The notes beneath the pieces were generated by a model that had not been told where the DNA came from, searched no databases, and saw only the letters and a program-made list of their open reading frames with translations. DNA of 34,253 bases from Candidatus Caenarcanales bacterium (GTDB taxonomy: Bacteria; Cyanobacteriota; Vampirovibrionia; LMEP-6097). A program made the position numbers and the translations under genes. The stretch is taken from positions 1 to 34,253 of the forward strand of contig JAJTHA010000046.1 in assembly GCA_021299565.1 (NCBI GenBank), written 5' to 3'. How positions within the stretch are numbered: position 1 is the stretch's first letter; every line of letters begins with the position of its first letter. This document shows positions 24,505 through 32,857 of the stretch, in pieces.

Positions 24505-25191
24505 ATGTTAGTAGAATTTTTAGAATATCTATGGCATTATCCTCGAATCCCAAAAGAATTTAGGGAGATAGTTCAAGAACAAATCGCCATCAAATCTCGA
24601 TATGCTCGTCAGCGAGCCGCTTGGACAAATCATCTCTCTAATTGCAAGAGTTTTATTTTGGAGAATGTTGATCCTCAAAAAGACTCGCGAATAGTGCTTT
24701 TGGGAGCAGGTTTACTTAATGATGTGCCTATTCGGGAATTGAGTGAAAAGTTTTTTGAAGTGATTTTACTAGATGCATTTTTTTTGGATTCTACTCTTGC
24801 TCAAATCAAAAAATATCCAAATGTAAAATTTATTAGCAAAGATATCTCAAAAATAGAAAACCTTACGGATTTGGATTTTGATCATTTGGTTTCTCTTAAT
24901 ATACTGTCGCAATTGCTTTTGAAAGAAGAATCTATTGCTATTAAACAGCAAATAATTAATAAGCATTGGGGTTTGCTTGTGGGTAATACTGTTCGATCTA
25001 AAGTGATTTTGATTACTGATTACCTAAAACAAATTTTTGATAGAAATAATCAGAAAAAACTTGAAGAAAGTAGTTTGGCTGATTATGATATACCTCAAGC
25101 TGATCGTTATTGGGACTGGGATCTCGCCCCGCTTGGTGAGCTTGATAGTAACTATTCTATGATGCTAAAAGTTCTTGCAAAAGTTCTTTAG
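24505..25191 (+). CDS. Hypothetical protein with a Rossmann/class I methyltransferase-like motif order
   Basis: 228 aa; the ATG directly follows the previous TAA. RIVLLGAGLLNDVP, EVILLDAFF, KFISKDIS and LVSLNILSQL resemble MTase motifs I, II, III and IV. The family assignment is weak. Confidence 0.45.
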   Translation: MLVEFLEYLWHYPRIPKEFREIVQEQIAIKSRYARQRAAWTNHLSNCKSFILENVDPQKDSRIVLLGAGLLNDVPIRELSEKFFEVILLDAFFLDSTLAQIKKYPNVKFISKDISKIENLTDLDFDHLVSLNILSQLLLKEESIAIKQQIINKHWGLLVGNTVRSKVILITDYLKQIFDRNNQKKLEESSLADYDIPQADRYWDWDLAPLGELDSNYSMMLKVLAKVL

Positions 25192-26554
25192 CGCCCCAAG
25201 CTTTCACGCACGGTATTCCTAGTTTTTCTTCAAGCTCAGAAATATGCATATCATCAAGAAAAATATCATAGCCATCTTTAAGCATGACTTTGGGGATAAT
25301 GATTTTTTCGCCGAGCATTTCTTTGGGAATATATCTTAGTCCTTGATAAATATCATCACCCGTTAAAAGTCCACTTACATTGGTGGTGCCCCAAAATTTT
25401 GATTCTATTGCCCACGGAATCAGCTCTATATGAGGGAATTGATCTTTTATTTTTTTTGCAACTTCTTCAACTATGTTTTTTGAAATAGTGCCATTGACCC
25501 AAGAAACTCTATGCTTACGATTTGAACTAGCTTTGTGTTTGCGTTTTAGTTCTTTTTCCATTTCATTCAAAAACAATCGAGTCATGCCGACACCATCTTC
25601 TAATTGTGGGTAATTACCATAATGGGTCTTTGCAGGGATTGATGTGTGTGTCATCAAATAAAATTCATCAGAAAGAAAAGCAAAACTTTTGCGTTTCTTG
25701 AGTTCAAGACTTTCCCAAGTTTCAACTAGATTGATGACATCAAAAGTCTCATCCAGAGTAAATCTTCTAAGACCTCTTCTATGATATTTGGTTAGACCTA
25801 CTGGTACTATTGCAACAGAGACTACGGGCTTGTTTCTCAAGGCAAGTAAATCATTTAGAGTGTTTAATAAATGAATTCCATCATTCATTTCTGGACACAA
25901 AACTATTTGTGTGTGAACAGGGATTTCAAGACCAGCTAACCATTTTAATTCTTCAATAATCGAAATAGATTTTTTGCGGCCAAGCATTTTATTGCGCACC
26001 TCTAGATCTGTTGCATGAACAGAGACATACAATGGACCCGGTCTCAAAGCTTCAATGCGACGGCGATCTGAGTAAGATAGATTGGTGAGAGTGACATAGC
26101 TACCATGCAAATAGCTCATGCGAAAATCATCATCGCGATACTGTAAGCTTTCACGAGTTTTGTCTAATGGTTGGTTTTCAACAAAACAAAAAGGACAATC
26201 ATTGGCACATTCTTGTACACCATTAAACAGCGGAGTAACAAATTCAGCCCCGAGCTCATCCTCGGCATCTTTTTCTAATTCAATAACAATTTCTTCTTTG
26301 TCTCTTGCAATGATGATTTCAAGCTCTTCACTCTGCTTAAAATGAAATTCAAAATCAAAAATATCTCTTAGTTTATGACCATTTATCTCTAAAATTTTGT
26401 CCCCAACTTTTAATCCAATTTCGTGAGCCAAAGACCATGGCGGCACCGAACTTAGAATTGCAGGAGCTGAAACAAACTTAAGATCTTTTTCAGCATTGAC
26501 GTCTTTTAGGCGGCTTTGCTCGAGTTCTTCTTTGTTGATTAAGATGGGTTCCAC
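25157..26554 (-). CDS. PDZ-domain radical SAM protein (DUF512 / TIGR03279-like)
   Basis: N-terminal PDZ (GLKVGDKILEINGHKLRD) and a CxxxCxxC cluster motif (CANDCPFCFV). 465 aa with a GTG start. Confidence 0.8.
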   Translation of the reverse strand: MEPILINKEELEQSRLKDVNAEKDLKFVSAPAILSSVPPWSLAHEIGLKVGDKILEINGHKLRDIFDFEFHFKQSEELEIIIARDKEEIVIELEKDAEDELGAEFVTPLFNGVQECANDCPFCFVENQPLDKTRESLQYRDDDFRMSYLHGSYVTLTNLSYSDRRRIEALRPGPLYVSVHATDLEVRNKMLGRKKSISIIEELKWLAGLEIPVHTQIVLCPEMNDGIHLLNTLNDLLALRNKPVVSVAIVPVGLTKYHRRGLRRFTLDETFDVINLVETWESLELKKRKSFAFLSDEFYLMTHTSIPAKTHYGNYPQLEDGVGMTRLFLNEMEKELKRKHKASSNRKHRVSWVNGTISKNIVEEVAKKIKDQFPHIELIPWAIESKFWGTTNVSGLLTGDDIYQGLRYIPKEMLGEKIIIPKVMLKDGYDIFLDDMHISELEEKLGIPCVKAWGAKELLQELLAS

Positions 26555-26607
26555 AATAAATTAAGCTAAACTATTAAGTAATAGATTATAGCATATAGTC
26601 AATACAC

Positions 26608-27519
26608 ATGATCAAGAAAGCCGTTTATTTAGAAAGAGCACCAGCCAAAATCAATCTTTTTTTGGAAGTTTTAGGTAAAAGAGAGGATAACTATCATGAT
26701 CTCAATACTTTGTTTCAGGCCATTGATTTGCAAGATCATTTGACATTTGAGATTCAAGTTCTTTGTAGCCCATCAGAAGAAATAGATTTCAATATTGAGA
26801 TTGATTCAAACTCAGATGAGCTTAAAAATTTGGGACTCAACAACAGCATTAGTAAAGCTGTCGAACTTTATTTCACCAAATTGCCTGTCACTCAAGTTAT
26901 CGAAGTAATTAGCGCTGTAGAGATTAGCGTTTTTGTAGACAAGCAGATTCCCTTGCAAGCCGGTCTTGCTGGTGGTTCTTCGGATGCTGCTGCTACTCTG
27001 CGGGCTTTAAATAGATTTTTTGAAGAAAATTTTGATTGGTGTCTTTCTCAGCAAGAGCTTTTGGAAGTTGCTTTAGAGATTGGCTCAGATGTTCCTTTTT
27101 GTTTGCTTGCTACTCAAGAGCCGCGTTTGCATGGTGCTGGTAGAGGAGAGAAACTATCCAAGAAAACTTTTAAATTCAATTATGATGATTATGAAAATTT
27201 GATATTGGTAAAACCAGATTTTGGTGTTGATACTGCATGGGCTTATGATCAGCTAGATGCACAAATTGAAAAAGAAACTTGCAAATTAAATTTAGGTTTT
27301 TCTAATAGTTTTGAAAAAGTTGTTTTTCCAAAATATCCTGATTTGGTTTTTATTAAAGAAAAACTTGAAGAATTTGGATGCAAAAGAGTGTTATTGAGTG
27401 GATCAGGCTCAACTATGATCGGCTTTCTTGATAAAAACCAAGATCAGAAAGCCATTTTCAGGCAAGTTGACCAGTTCTTCCCGGCAACTTATATGAAAAA
27501 AATGGCTAGTTTTTTGTAA
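26608..27519 (+). CDS. ispE: 4-(cytidine 5'-diphospho)-2-C-methyl-D-erythritol kinase
   Basis: APAKINLFLEVLGKREDNYHDL, the GHMP motif PLQAGLAGGSSDAAA, and GSDVPFC. Confidence 0.9.
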   Translation: MIKKAVYLERAPAKINLFLEVLGKREDNYHDLNTLFQAIDLQDHLTFEIQVLCSPSEEIDFNIEIDSNSDELKNLGLNNSISKAVELYFTKLPVTQVIEVISAVEISVFVDKQIPLQAGLAGGSSDAAATLRALNRFFEENFDWCLSQQELLEVALEIGSDVPFCLLATQEPRLHGAGRGEKLSKKTFKFNYDDYENLILVKPDFGVDTAWAYDQLDAQIEKETCKLNLGFSNSFEKVVFPKYPDLVFIKEKLEEFGCKRVLLSGSGSTMIGFLDKNQDQKAIFRQVDQFFPATYMKKMASFL

Positions 27520-27530
27520 ATATCCCTTTT

Positions 27531-27539
27531 TGTTATACT
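27531..27539 (+). promoter_or_regulatory. Extended -10 box TGTTATACT, 9 nt upstream of the secD ATG
   Basis: Motif match. It has the same 14-mer, ctttttgttatact (27526-27539), found at 2806-2819. Confidence 0.4.
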
Positions 27540-27548
27540 AATGAGGTT

Positions 27549-28841
27549 ATGGATTTTATCAAAGAAAATTTTCGTATTTTGACCGTGCTTGCAATTGCAG
27601 TATTTTGTATCGCTAATGTTTTTGTTTTGCAAGTGGGTCCTAACTCTGCCGAATATGACAGATTGAAATTACAGCAGATTATTTCTACCCCCGGCTATTC
27701 TTTATATACCAAATTGAAATTGGGTCTTGATCTAGTTGGAGGTTCTCAGTTTGAGTTTGAAGCGCTTACCACTGATAAAGTCCCAGAAACTACCCCAGAA
27801 GTAATGAGAGGGCTAGTTAAAGTTTTTGAAAACAGAGTTAATGCTTCTGGAACTACTGAGTCAATTGTTCAACAAGTTGGCAAAAATAGAATTCTTGTTG
27901 AAGTTCCTGGTGCTGATCCAACTACTGTAAAAAGAAGATTACTTGCAACAGCAAATCTAGAGTTTAAAGAATTTGATGAAAGCTCTCAAACATGGATAGA
28001 TACCGGGATTACTGGTGCTGATCTTAAACAAGCTCAAGCAAGTACTGATGGTGCTGCTACTTGGGCGATTGATTTTGAGTTAAAACCAGAAGCTGCAAAG
28101 GATTTTGGTGATTTAACTGCAAGGCTTATTAACAAGCCATTAGGAATATTTTTAGATGGAGTTGAGATCTCTGCACCTACAGTCAGATCTGCAATCACAG
28201 CTGGAACCGGACAAATCTCTGGTAATTTCACTGCAGAAACAGCACAAGATTTGGCAGTACAACTCAATGCTGGTGCGCTTCCAGTGCCAGTGAAAATTCT
28301 TCAAGAGAGATCTATTGGAGCTACATTAGGACAAGAATCTATTGCTAGAAGCATTAATGCAGGGATAATTGGTTTAATCGTTGTTGCTTTATTTATGATC
28401 ATTGTTTATAGATTGCCAGGATTTATCGCTGCACTTGCGCTAATGGTTTATGCTTTGATGTCTTTGTATTTGTTTCAAGAAAACGTGACTTTGACTCTTG
28501 CTGGTCTAGCGGGTTTCATACTTAGTATTGGTATGGCTGTTGATGCTAATATTTTGATTTTTGAAAGAGCAAAAGAAGAAATGAATCAGGGTAAATCTGT
28601 TCTGATTGGAATTAGAGAAGGTTTTGATAAGGCTTACGCTAGTATTTTTGACTCAAACATGAACACTAGTATTGTTTGTTTGATATTAATTATGTTTGGA
28701 ACTGGTGTGGTAAAAGGTTTTGCTGTAACGCTAATTATTGGTGTTTTGCTTAGCTTGTTTAGCTCATTGTTTGTAACTAAAACTATTTTGTTTGCGGTAG
28801 TTCAATACTTCAATATCAAAGAAACCAGTTTGTTTAAATAA
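27549..28841 (+). CDS. secD: Protein translocase subunit SecD
   Basis: KLGLDLVGGSQFEFE, LQERSIGATLGQESI, and a C-terminal 5-TM bundle containing AVDANILIFERAKEE. Confidence 0.9.
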   Translation: MDFIKENFRILTVLAIAVFCIANVFVLQVGPNSAEYDRLKLQQIISTPGYSLYTKLKLGLDLVGGSQFEFEALTTDKVPETTPEVMRGLVKVFENRVNASGTTESIVQQVGKNRILVEVPGADPTTVKRRLLATANLEFKEFDESSQTWIDTGITGADLKQAQASTDGAATWAIDFELKPEAAKDFGDLTARLINKPLGIFLDGVEISAPTVRSAITAGTGQISGNFTAETAQDLAVQLNAGALPVPVKILQERSIGATLGQESIARSINAGIIGLIVVALFMIIVYRLPGFIAALALMVYALMSLYLFQENVTLTLAGLAGFILSIGMAVDANILIFERAKEEMNQGKSVLIGIREGFDKAYASIFDSNMNTSIVCLILIMFGTGVVKGFAVTLIIGVLLSLFSSLFVTKTILFAVVQYFNIKETSLFK

Positions 28842-28844
28842 GCC

Positions 28845-29903
28845 ATGCGCAATATCAATGTAATGCTAGTACCGACAGGCGTGGGAGCCTCCATAGGTGG
28901 CTTTGCCGGTGATGCTGCGCCAGCATTTAAGCTCTTGGCAAAAGCATCAGATCTTTTAATTACTCATCCAAACGTAGTTAATGCTGCTCTCTTAACAGAT
29001 ATTTCGTCGAATATTGCAGTGCTTGAGGGATATTTTATAGATAGATTTTTTTCCGAGCAAATTGCTTTAAGGCTCAATGTCAAGCATAAAATAGCCGTTG
29101 TTATTGACTCAGAAGCTAATGAAGCGGAGAGAATACTTACTCAAAACTGTATCAATGCCGCAAGGGTTGTCTATGGCTTGGATATAATTGAGAAGCCATA
29201 TTTCACATCTGCAGCTATCGATGCTGGCGATTTGATAAACATCAAAAATCCAGATACTTTACTGGAAGCTTGTTCAATAGCTGTTGCTGACGGAGCTACG
29301 GCTCTTGCAGTGCTCGCAGTTTTGCCTGAAGATGCGACTAGTGATTCTGCCAAAAAATATTCTAATGGTTCTGGTATAGATCCGATAGGTTCTATTGAAG
29401 CTAAAATCTCACACCTCGTTGCACAGTTTTTCCTGAAACCCTGCGCGCACGCGCCGATTGTGCGATCCAAAAATCATCAACCCGAAGTAGTGGATTCAAG
29501 AGCGGCAGCTGAATATCTTTCAGATAGTTTTTTGGCTTCTGTGTTTAAATGTTTGCAATATTCACCGCAAATTATTCCTATCGAACAACACCATAGGCTT
29601 TTGAGTAGCATTTATACTAATGCTGCCGACCTGAAACTTTTCAGAGGACCAAGTGATTTGATGGTTTATGATGTTGCAAACTTAGTGGTGCCTTATGATG
29701 CTTGCAATAATTTGCCTTGCGCTAAAGCTCATAATTATAATATTGAATTACTCTGTGTCGAAAACAACAAAACTGTTTTAGACGAGCCAGCTTCTATGTT
29801 TGGCATGCCCCATAAACTTGTTAAAAACTATTTTGAAGCTGCGGGTTATTTGCTGGCAAACACGAGAGACAAAAATCATATTAATCCTCAATTGTTACTG
29901 TGA
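28845..29903 (+). CDS. Conserved hypothetical protein, DUF3326-like (recalled from memory)
   Basis: 352 aa, soluble. The N-terminus is VMLVPTGVGASIGGFAGDAAPAFKLLAKASDLLITHPNVVNAA. It starts 3 nt after the secD stop and abuts acpS. Confidence 0.55.
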   Translation: MRNINVMLVPTGVGASIGGFAGDAAPAFKLLAKASDLLITHPNVVNAALLTDISSNIAVLEGYFIDRFFSEQIALRLNVKHKIAVVIDSEANEAERILTQNCINAARVVYGLDIIEKPYFTSAAIDAGDLINIKNPDTLLEACSIAVADGATALAVLAVLPEDATSDSAKKYSNGSGIDPIGSIEAKISHLVAQFFLKPCAHAPIVRSKNHQPEVVDSRAAAEYLSDSFLASVFKCLQYSPQIIPIEQHHRLLSSIYTNAADLKLFRGPSDLMVYDVANLVVPYDACNNLPCAKAHNYNIELLCVENNKTVLDEPASMFGMPHKLVKNYFEAAGYLLANTRDKNHINPQLLL

Positions 29904-30296
29904 ATGCTTGCTATCATTAGCCATATGCAGATAGGCGTGGATTTGTGCGATACAGAGCGCATAGAAAAAATCCTCAAAAAATATGGTAAAAAATTTCTCA
30001 AACGAATTCTTAGCGAAGAAGAGATTTTGGCTTTTGATAAAAATGATAAAAACTTTTTACCTCGACTTGCTTCTCGTTTTGCAGCCAAAGAAGCTATAGC
30101 AAAAGTTTTAGGCACTGGTATCGGAGCTCATTTAGCTTTTGTAGATATCACTATTTTTAAAAATGAAAGCGGCGCACCTTTTGTTAAACTAAATGAAAGA
30201 GCTACGCAACTAGCTTCATCACAAAATATCTCAGAAATCAAAATTTCTTTGAGTCATGAGAAACAAATGGCGATTGCGTTTGCTGTTGGAGTTTAG
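29904..30296 (+). CDS. acpS: Holo-[acyl-carrier-protein] synthase
   Basis: IGVDLCDTERIEKIL, FAAKEAIAKVLGTGIG and LSHEKQMAIAFAV. The true start could be the ATG at 29925 (MQIGVDL). Confidence 0.85.
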   Translation: MLAIISHMQIGVDLCDTERIEKILKKYGKKFLKRILSEEEILAFDKNDKNFLPRLASRFAAKEAIAKVLGTGIGAHLAFVDITIFKNESGAPFVKLNERATQLASSQNISEIKISLSHEKQMAIAFAVGV

Positions 30297-30646
30297 TTAT
30301 TAGCGTAGCTAGAATTGTTGTCAGATTTAGATCCTAAAAGTCTCAACTCTGATCCAGATATAACTGGCTTGACAACAAGTTCTCCACTGGTTTTATCATT
30401 CCAAGATTCAAAATCTATTTGTCCAACAATACCAATTAAAGATCCTTTGCGCACATATTCGCCAGCGATTTCTGCTTGCTTGCCCCAAAGTTTGATATCA
30501 AACCAATCTGTCTCTTTGTTTTTACTTGGTCTATTAACTGCCATAGAAAAACTCGCCAAACTTTTGCCGGATTCGAAATATCTTAATTCAGGATCCTGTC
30601 CTACTCTGCCGATTACTGTTACTTGATTAATTTCTTTGCGTGACAT
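30293..30646 (-). CDS. ssb: Single-stranded DNA-binding protein (short form, no acidic C-terminal tip)
   Basis: The OB fold is NQVTVIGRVGQDPELRYFESGKSLASFSMAVNR...DWFDIKLWGKQAE. The protein ends ...SKSDNNSSYANN. Confidence 0.9.
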   Translation of the reverse strand: MSRKEINQVTVIGRVGQDPELRYFESGKSLASFSMAVNRPSKNKETDWFDIKLWGKQAEIAGEYVRKGSLIGIVGQIDFESWNDKTSGELVVKPVISGSELRLLGSKSDNNSSYANN

Positions 30647-30655
30647 AGGAAAGTG

Positions 30656-30664
30656 ATCTTAGCA
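30656..30664 (-). promoter_or_regulatory. Extended -10 box TGCTAAGAT, 9 nt upstream of the ssb ATG
   Basis: Motif match on the minus strand. Confidence 0.35.
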
Positions 30665-30753
30665 CTTTTGAACAAAATATTTAGCTAAGATAAATATTAT
30701 CCGGGACAACCACCAGCTTTAAACTTTTGTAAATCCTTATCCAGCCTAGCTTT

Positions 30754-30762
30754 TGCTATAAT
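30754..30762 (+). promoter_or_regulatory. Extended -10 box TGCTATAAT, 7 nt upstream of the dnaK ATG
   Basis: Motif match. There is no SD sequence between the box and the ATG at 30770. Confidence 0.4.
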
Positions 30763-30769
30763 TGAAAAT

Positions 30770-32674
30770 ATGGCAAAAACTAAAGGTAAAGTATTAGGTA
30801 TAGACTTGGGGACCACCAACTCGTGTATGGCAATTATGGAAGCTGGACAGCCAACAGTAATCCCAAATGCTGAAGGTGCTAGAACAACTCCGTCAGTTGT
30901 TTTCATGGGTGAAGATAAATCCGTCGGGCAAATAGCAAAAAGACAAAGAGTACTGAAGCCTAAACAAACAATTTATAGTGCAAAACGATTAATCGGGCAC
31001 ACTTGGGAAGAAACGGAAAAAGATAGATCAAATTTAGCCTATGAAACAGTTCAAGGCAAAAATGGCTCGGTCAATATCAAGATTGATTCTAAGGATTTAA
31101 CGCCACAAGAAATTTCTGCTCAAGTATTGCGCAAACTTAAAGAGGATGCTGAAGCATATTTGGGGCAAAAAATAGAACAAGCAGTAATTACTGTTCCTGC
31201 TTATTTCAATGATAGCCAAAGACAAGCAACCAAAGATGCTGGCAAAATCGCTGGGCTAGAGGTTTTGAGAATTATCAATGAGCCTACAGCAGCGGCTTTG
31301 GCTTATGGTTTAGACAAGAAGCAAGAATCAACTATTTTGGTATTCGACTTAGGTGGCGGTACTTTTGACGTTTCTATTCTTGAACTCGGCGATGGAGTTT
31401 TTGAAGTGAAATCAACAGCAGGTGATTCAAGACTTGGCGGTGATGATTTCGATTTGTTGCTTGTCGATTATATTTCAGAGGAATTCAAAAAAGAAAACGG
31501 CATTGATCTACGTAAGGACGCTCAAGCACTTCAGAGATTAACTGAAGCTGCCGAAAAAGCCAAAATCGAATTATCAAATATCATGGAAGCCACTGTTAGT
31601 CTGCCTTTCATAACAGCTGATCAGAATGGTCCAAAGCACTTAGAGATGAAAATCACTAGAGCAAAATTTGAAGCCTTGCTTTCACCATTATTTGAAAACT
31701 TAAAAGGACCTCTTAATCAAGCTATTAAAGATGCTGATGTCAAAATTTCAGAAATTGATGAAGTGATTCTTGTTGGTGGTTCTACTCGTATCCCAGCGGT
31801 TAAGCAAATCGTAAAAGACATCACTGGTAAAGAGCCTAATCAGCATGTTAACCCAGATGAAGTTGTTGCTGTTGGCGCTGCTATTCAGGGTGGAGTTCTT
31901 GCTGGCGATGTTAAAGATGTTGTTTTGTTGGATGTAACTCCTTTGGGTCTTGGTATTGAGACTTTAGGTGGTGTGATGACTTTCTTGATCGAAAGAAACA
32001 CAACTATTCCTACCAAAAAATCAGAAGTCTTTTCAACAGCTGAGGATAATCAAACCAGAGTAGATATCAAAATCTATCAGGGAGAGCGTTCTAGGGCAGC
32101 TGAAAACAAGCTTCTTGGTGACTTTCATTTGGATGATATCAAGGCAGCACCAAGAGGTATGCCAAAAGTTGAAGTGACTTTTGATATTGATGCTAATGGT
32201 ATCTTGAATGTTTCAGCGAAAGATCAGGCAACAGGAAAAGAGCAAAAGATCTCTATTACTGCTTCAACTAATTTGTCTGAATCTGATATCGAAAAAATGG
32301 TCAAAGAAGCAGAAGCCAAAGCTGAAGAAGACAAGAAATTTAAAGAAGCCGCTGAAGAAAGAAACAAAGCGGATAGTCTTGTTTATGCAGCTGAAAAAGC
32401 AATCGCTGAACATGCTTCAAAGCCTTACGCTGCAAATATCAAGCCTGAATCTGATAAATTACAAGCAGTTGCAGATAAGCTAAGAGATTTAATTAAAAAT
32501 GGATCAACTACTCAAGAGCTTAAAGATAAATCAGTAGATATGCAAAATGCATTAGTTGAATTTAATAAGGCAGTTTCTAATTTTGCTCAGCAAGATGAAT
32601 CTGTATCTGAACAAGCTCAATCTGGTGGCGATGATGTTATTGATGCTGATTTCAAAGCTACAAGCGTAGACTAA
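30770..32674 (+). CDS. dnaK: Molecular chaperone DnaK (Hsp70)
   Basis: [44 protein letters not shown] and [12 protein letters not shown]. 634 aa. Confidence 0.97.
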   Translation: MAKTKGKVLGIDLGTTNSCMAIMEAGQPTVIPNAEGARTTPSVVFMGEDKSVGQIAKRQRVLKPKQTIYSAKRLIGHTWEETEKDRSNLAYETVQGKNGSVNIKIDSKDLTPQEISAQVLRKLKEDAEAYLGQKIEQAVITVPAYFNDSQRQATKDAGKIAGLEVLRIINEPTAAALAYGLDKKQESTILVFDLGGGTFDVSILELGDGVFEVKSTAGDSRLGGDDFDLLLVDYISEEFKKENGIDLRKDAQALQRLTEAAEKAKIELSNIMEATVSLPFITADQNGPKHLEMKITRAKFEALLSPLFENLKGPLNQAIKDADVKISEIDEVILVGGSTRIPAVKQIVKDITGKEPNQHVNPDEVVAVGAAIQGGVLAGDVKDVVLLDVTPLGLGIETLGGVMTFLIERNTTIPTKKSEVFSTAEDNQTRVDIKIYQGERSRAAENKLLGDFHLDDIKAAPRGMPKVEVTFDIDANGILNVSAKDQATGKEQKISITASTNLSESDIEKMVKEAEAKAEEDKKFKEAAEERNKADSLVYAAEKAIAEHASKPYAANIKPESDKLQAVADKLRDLIKNGSTTQELKDKSVDMQNALVEFNKAVSNFAQQDESVSEQAQSGGDDVIDADFKATSVD

Positions 32675-32715
32675 TAAAACCCTCCGTAAAAATTAAGACT
32701 TCAATTGTAGTTTAA

Positions 32716-32808
32716 TGTCACTGCGAGCTGCGAAGCAGCGTGGCAGTCCAGTTTACATAGCGTGAGCTCTGGATCGCCACGCCTCACTGCGTGAGGCTCG
32801 CGATGACA
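32716..32808. repeat. GC-rich REP/REPIN-like inverted doublet in the dnaK 3' region
   Basis: Unit 1 is 32716-32751, tgtcACTGCgaGCTGCgaaGCAGCgtgGCAGTccag. Unit 2 is 32769-32808; its reverse complement reads tgtcATCGCgagCCTCACgcaGTGAGGcgtgGCGATccag. Flanks and internal-loop bases are shared, and both stems differ but stay paired. By hand count the element is about 60% G+C, in AT-rich surroundings. Confidence 0.7.
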
Positions 32809-32857
32809 GTGAATTTTCTGCTATCTGAATGAGCGCTAATGATATACAATTGATTTT

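Noticed and set aside
30659-30688. CIRCE-like heat-shock operator upstream of dnaK (TTAGCACTT-N12-TTTAGCTAA)
   Set aside because: The left half matches the CIRCE consensus TTAGCACTC 8/9. The right half matches GAGTGCTAA only 5/9, and the spacer is 12 nt rather than 9. The element lies about 70 nt upstream of the dnaK -10 box. The left half is better explained as the minus-strand TGCTAAGAT box of ssb.
32208-32483. 91-aa Lys-rich ORF in an alternative frame of dnaK
   Set aside because: It is a frame-shifted reading of the Lys/Glu/Ala-rich DnaK C-terminal lid region and is a composition artefact.
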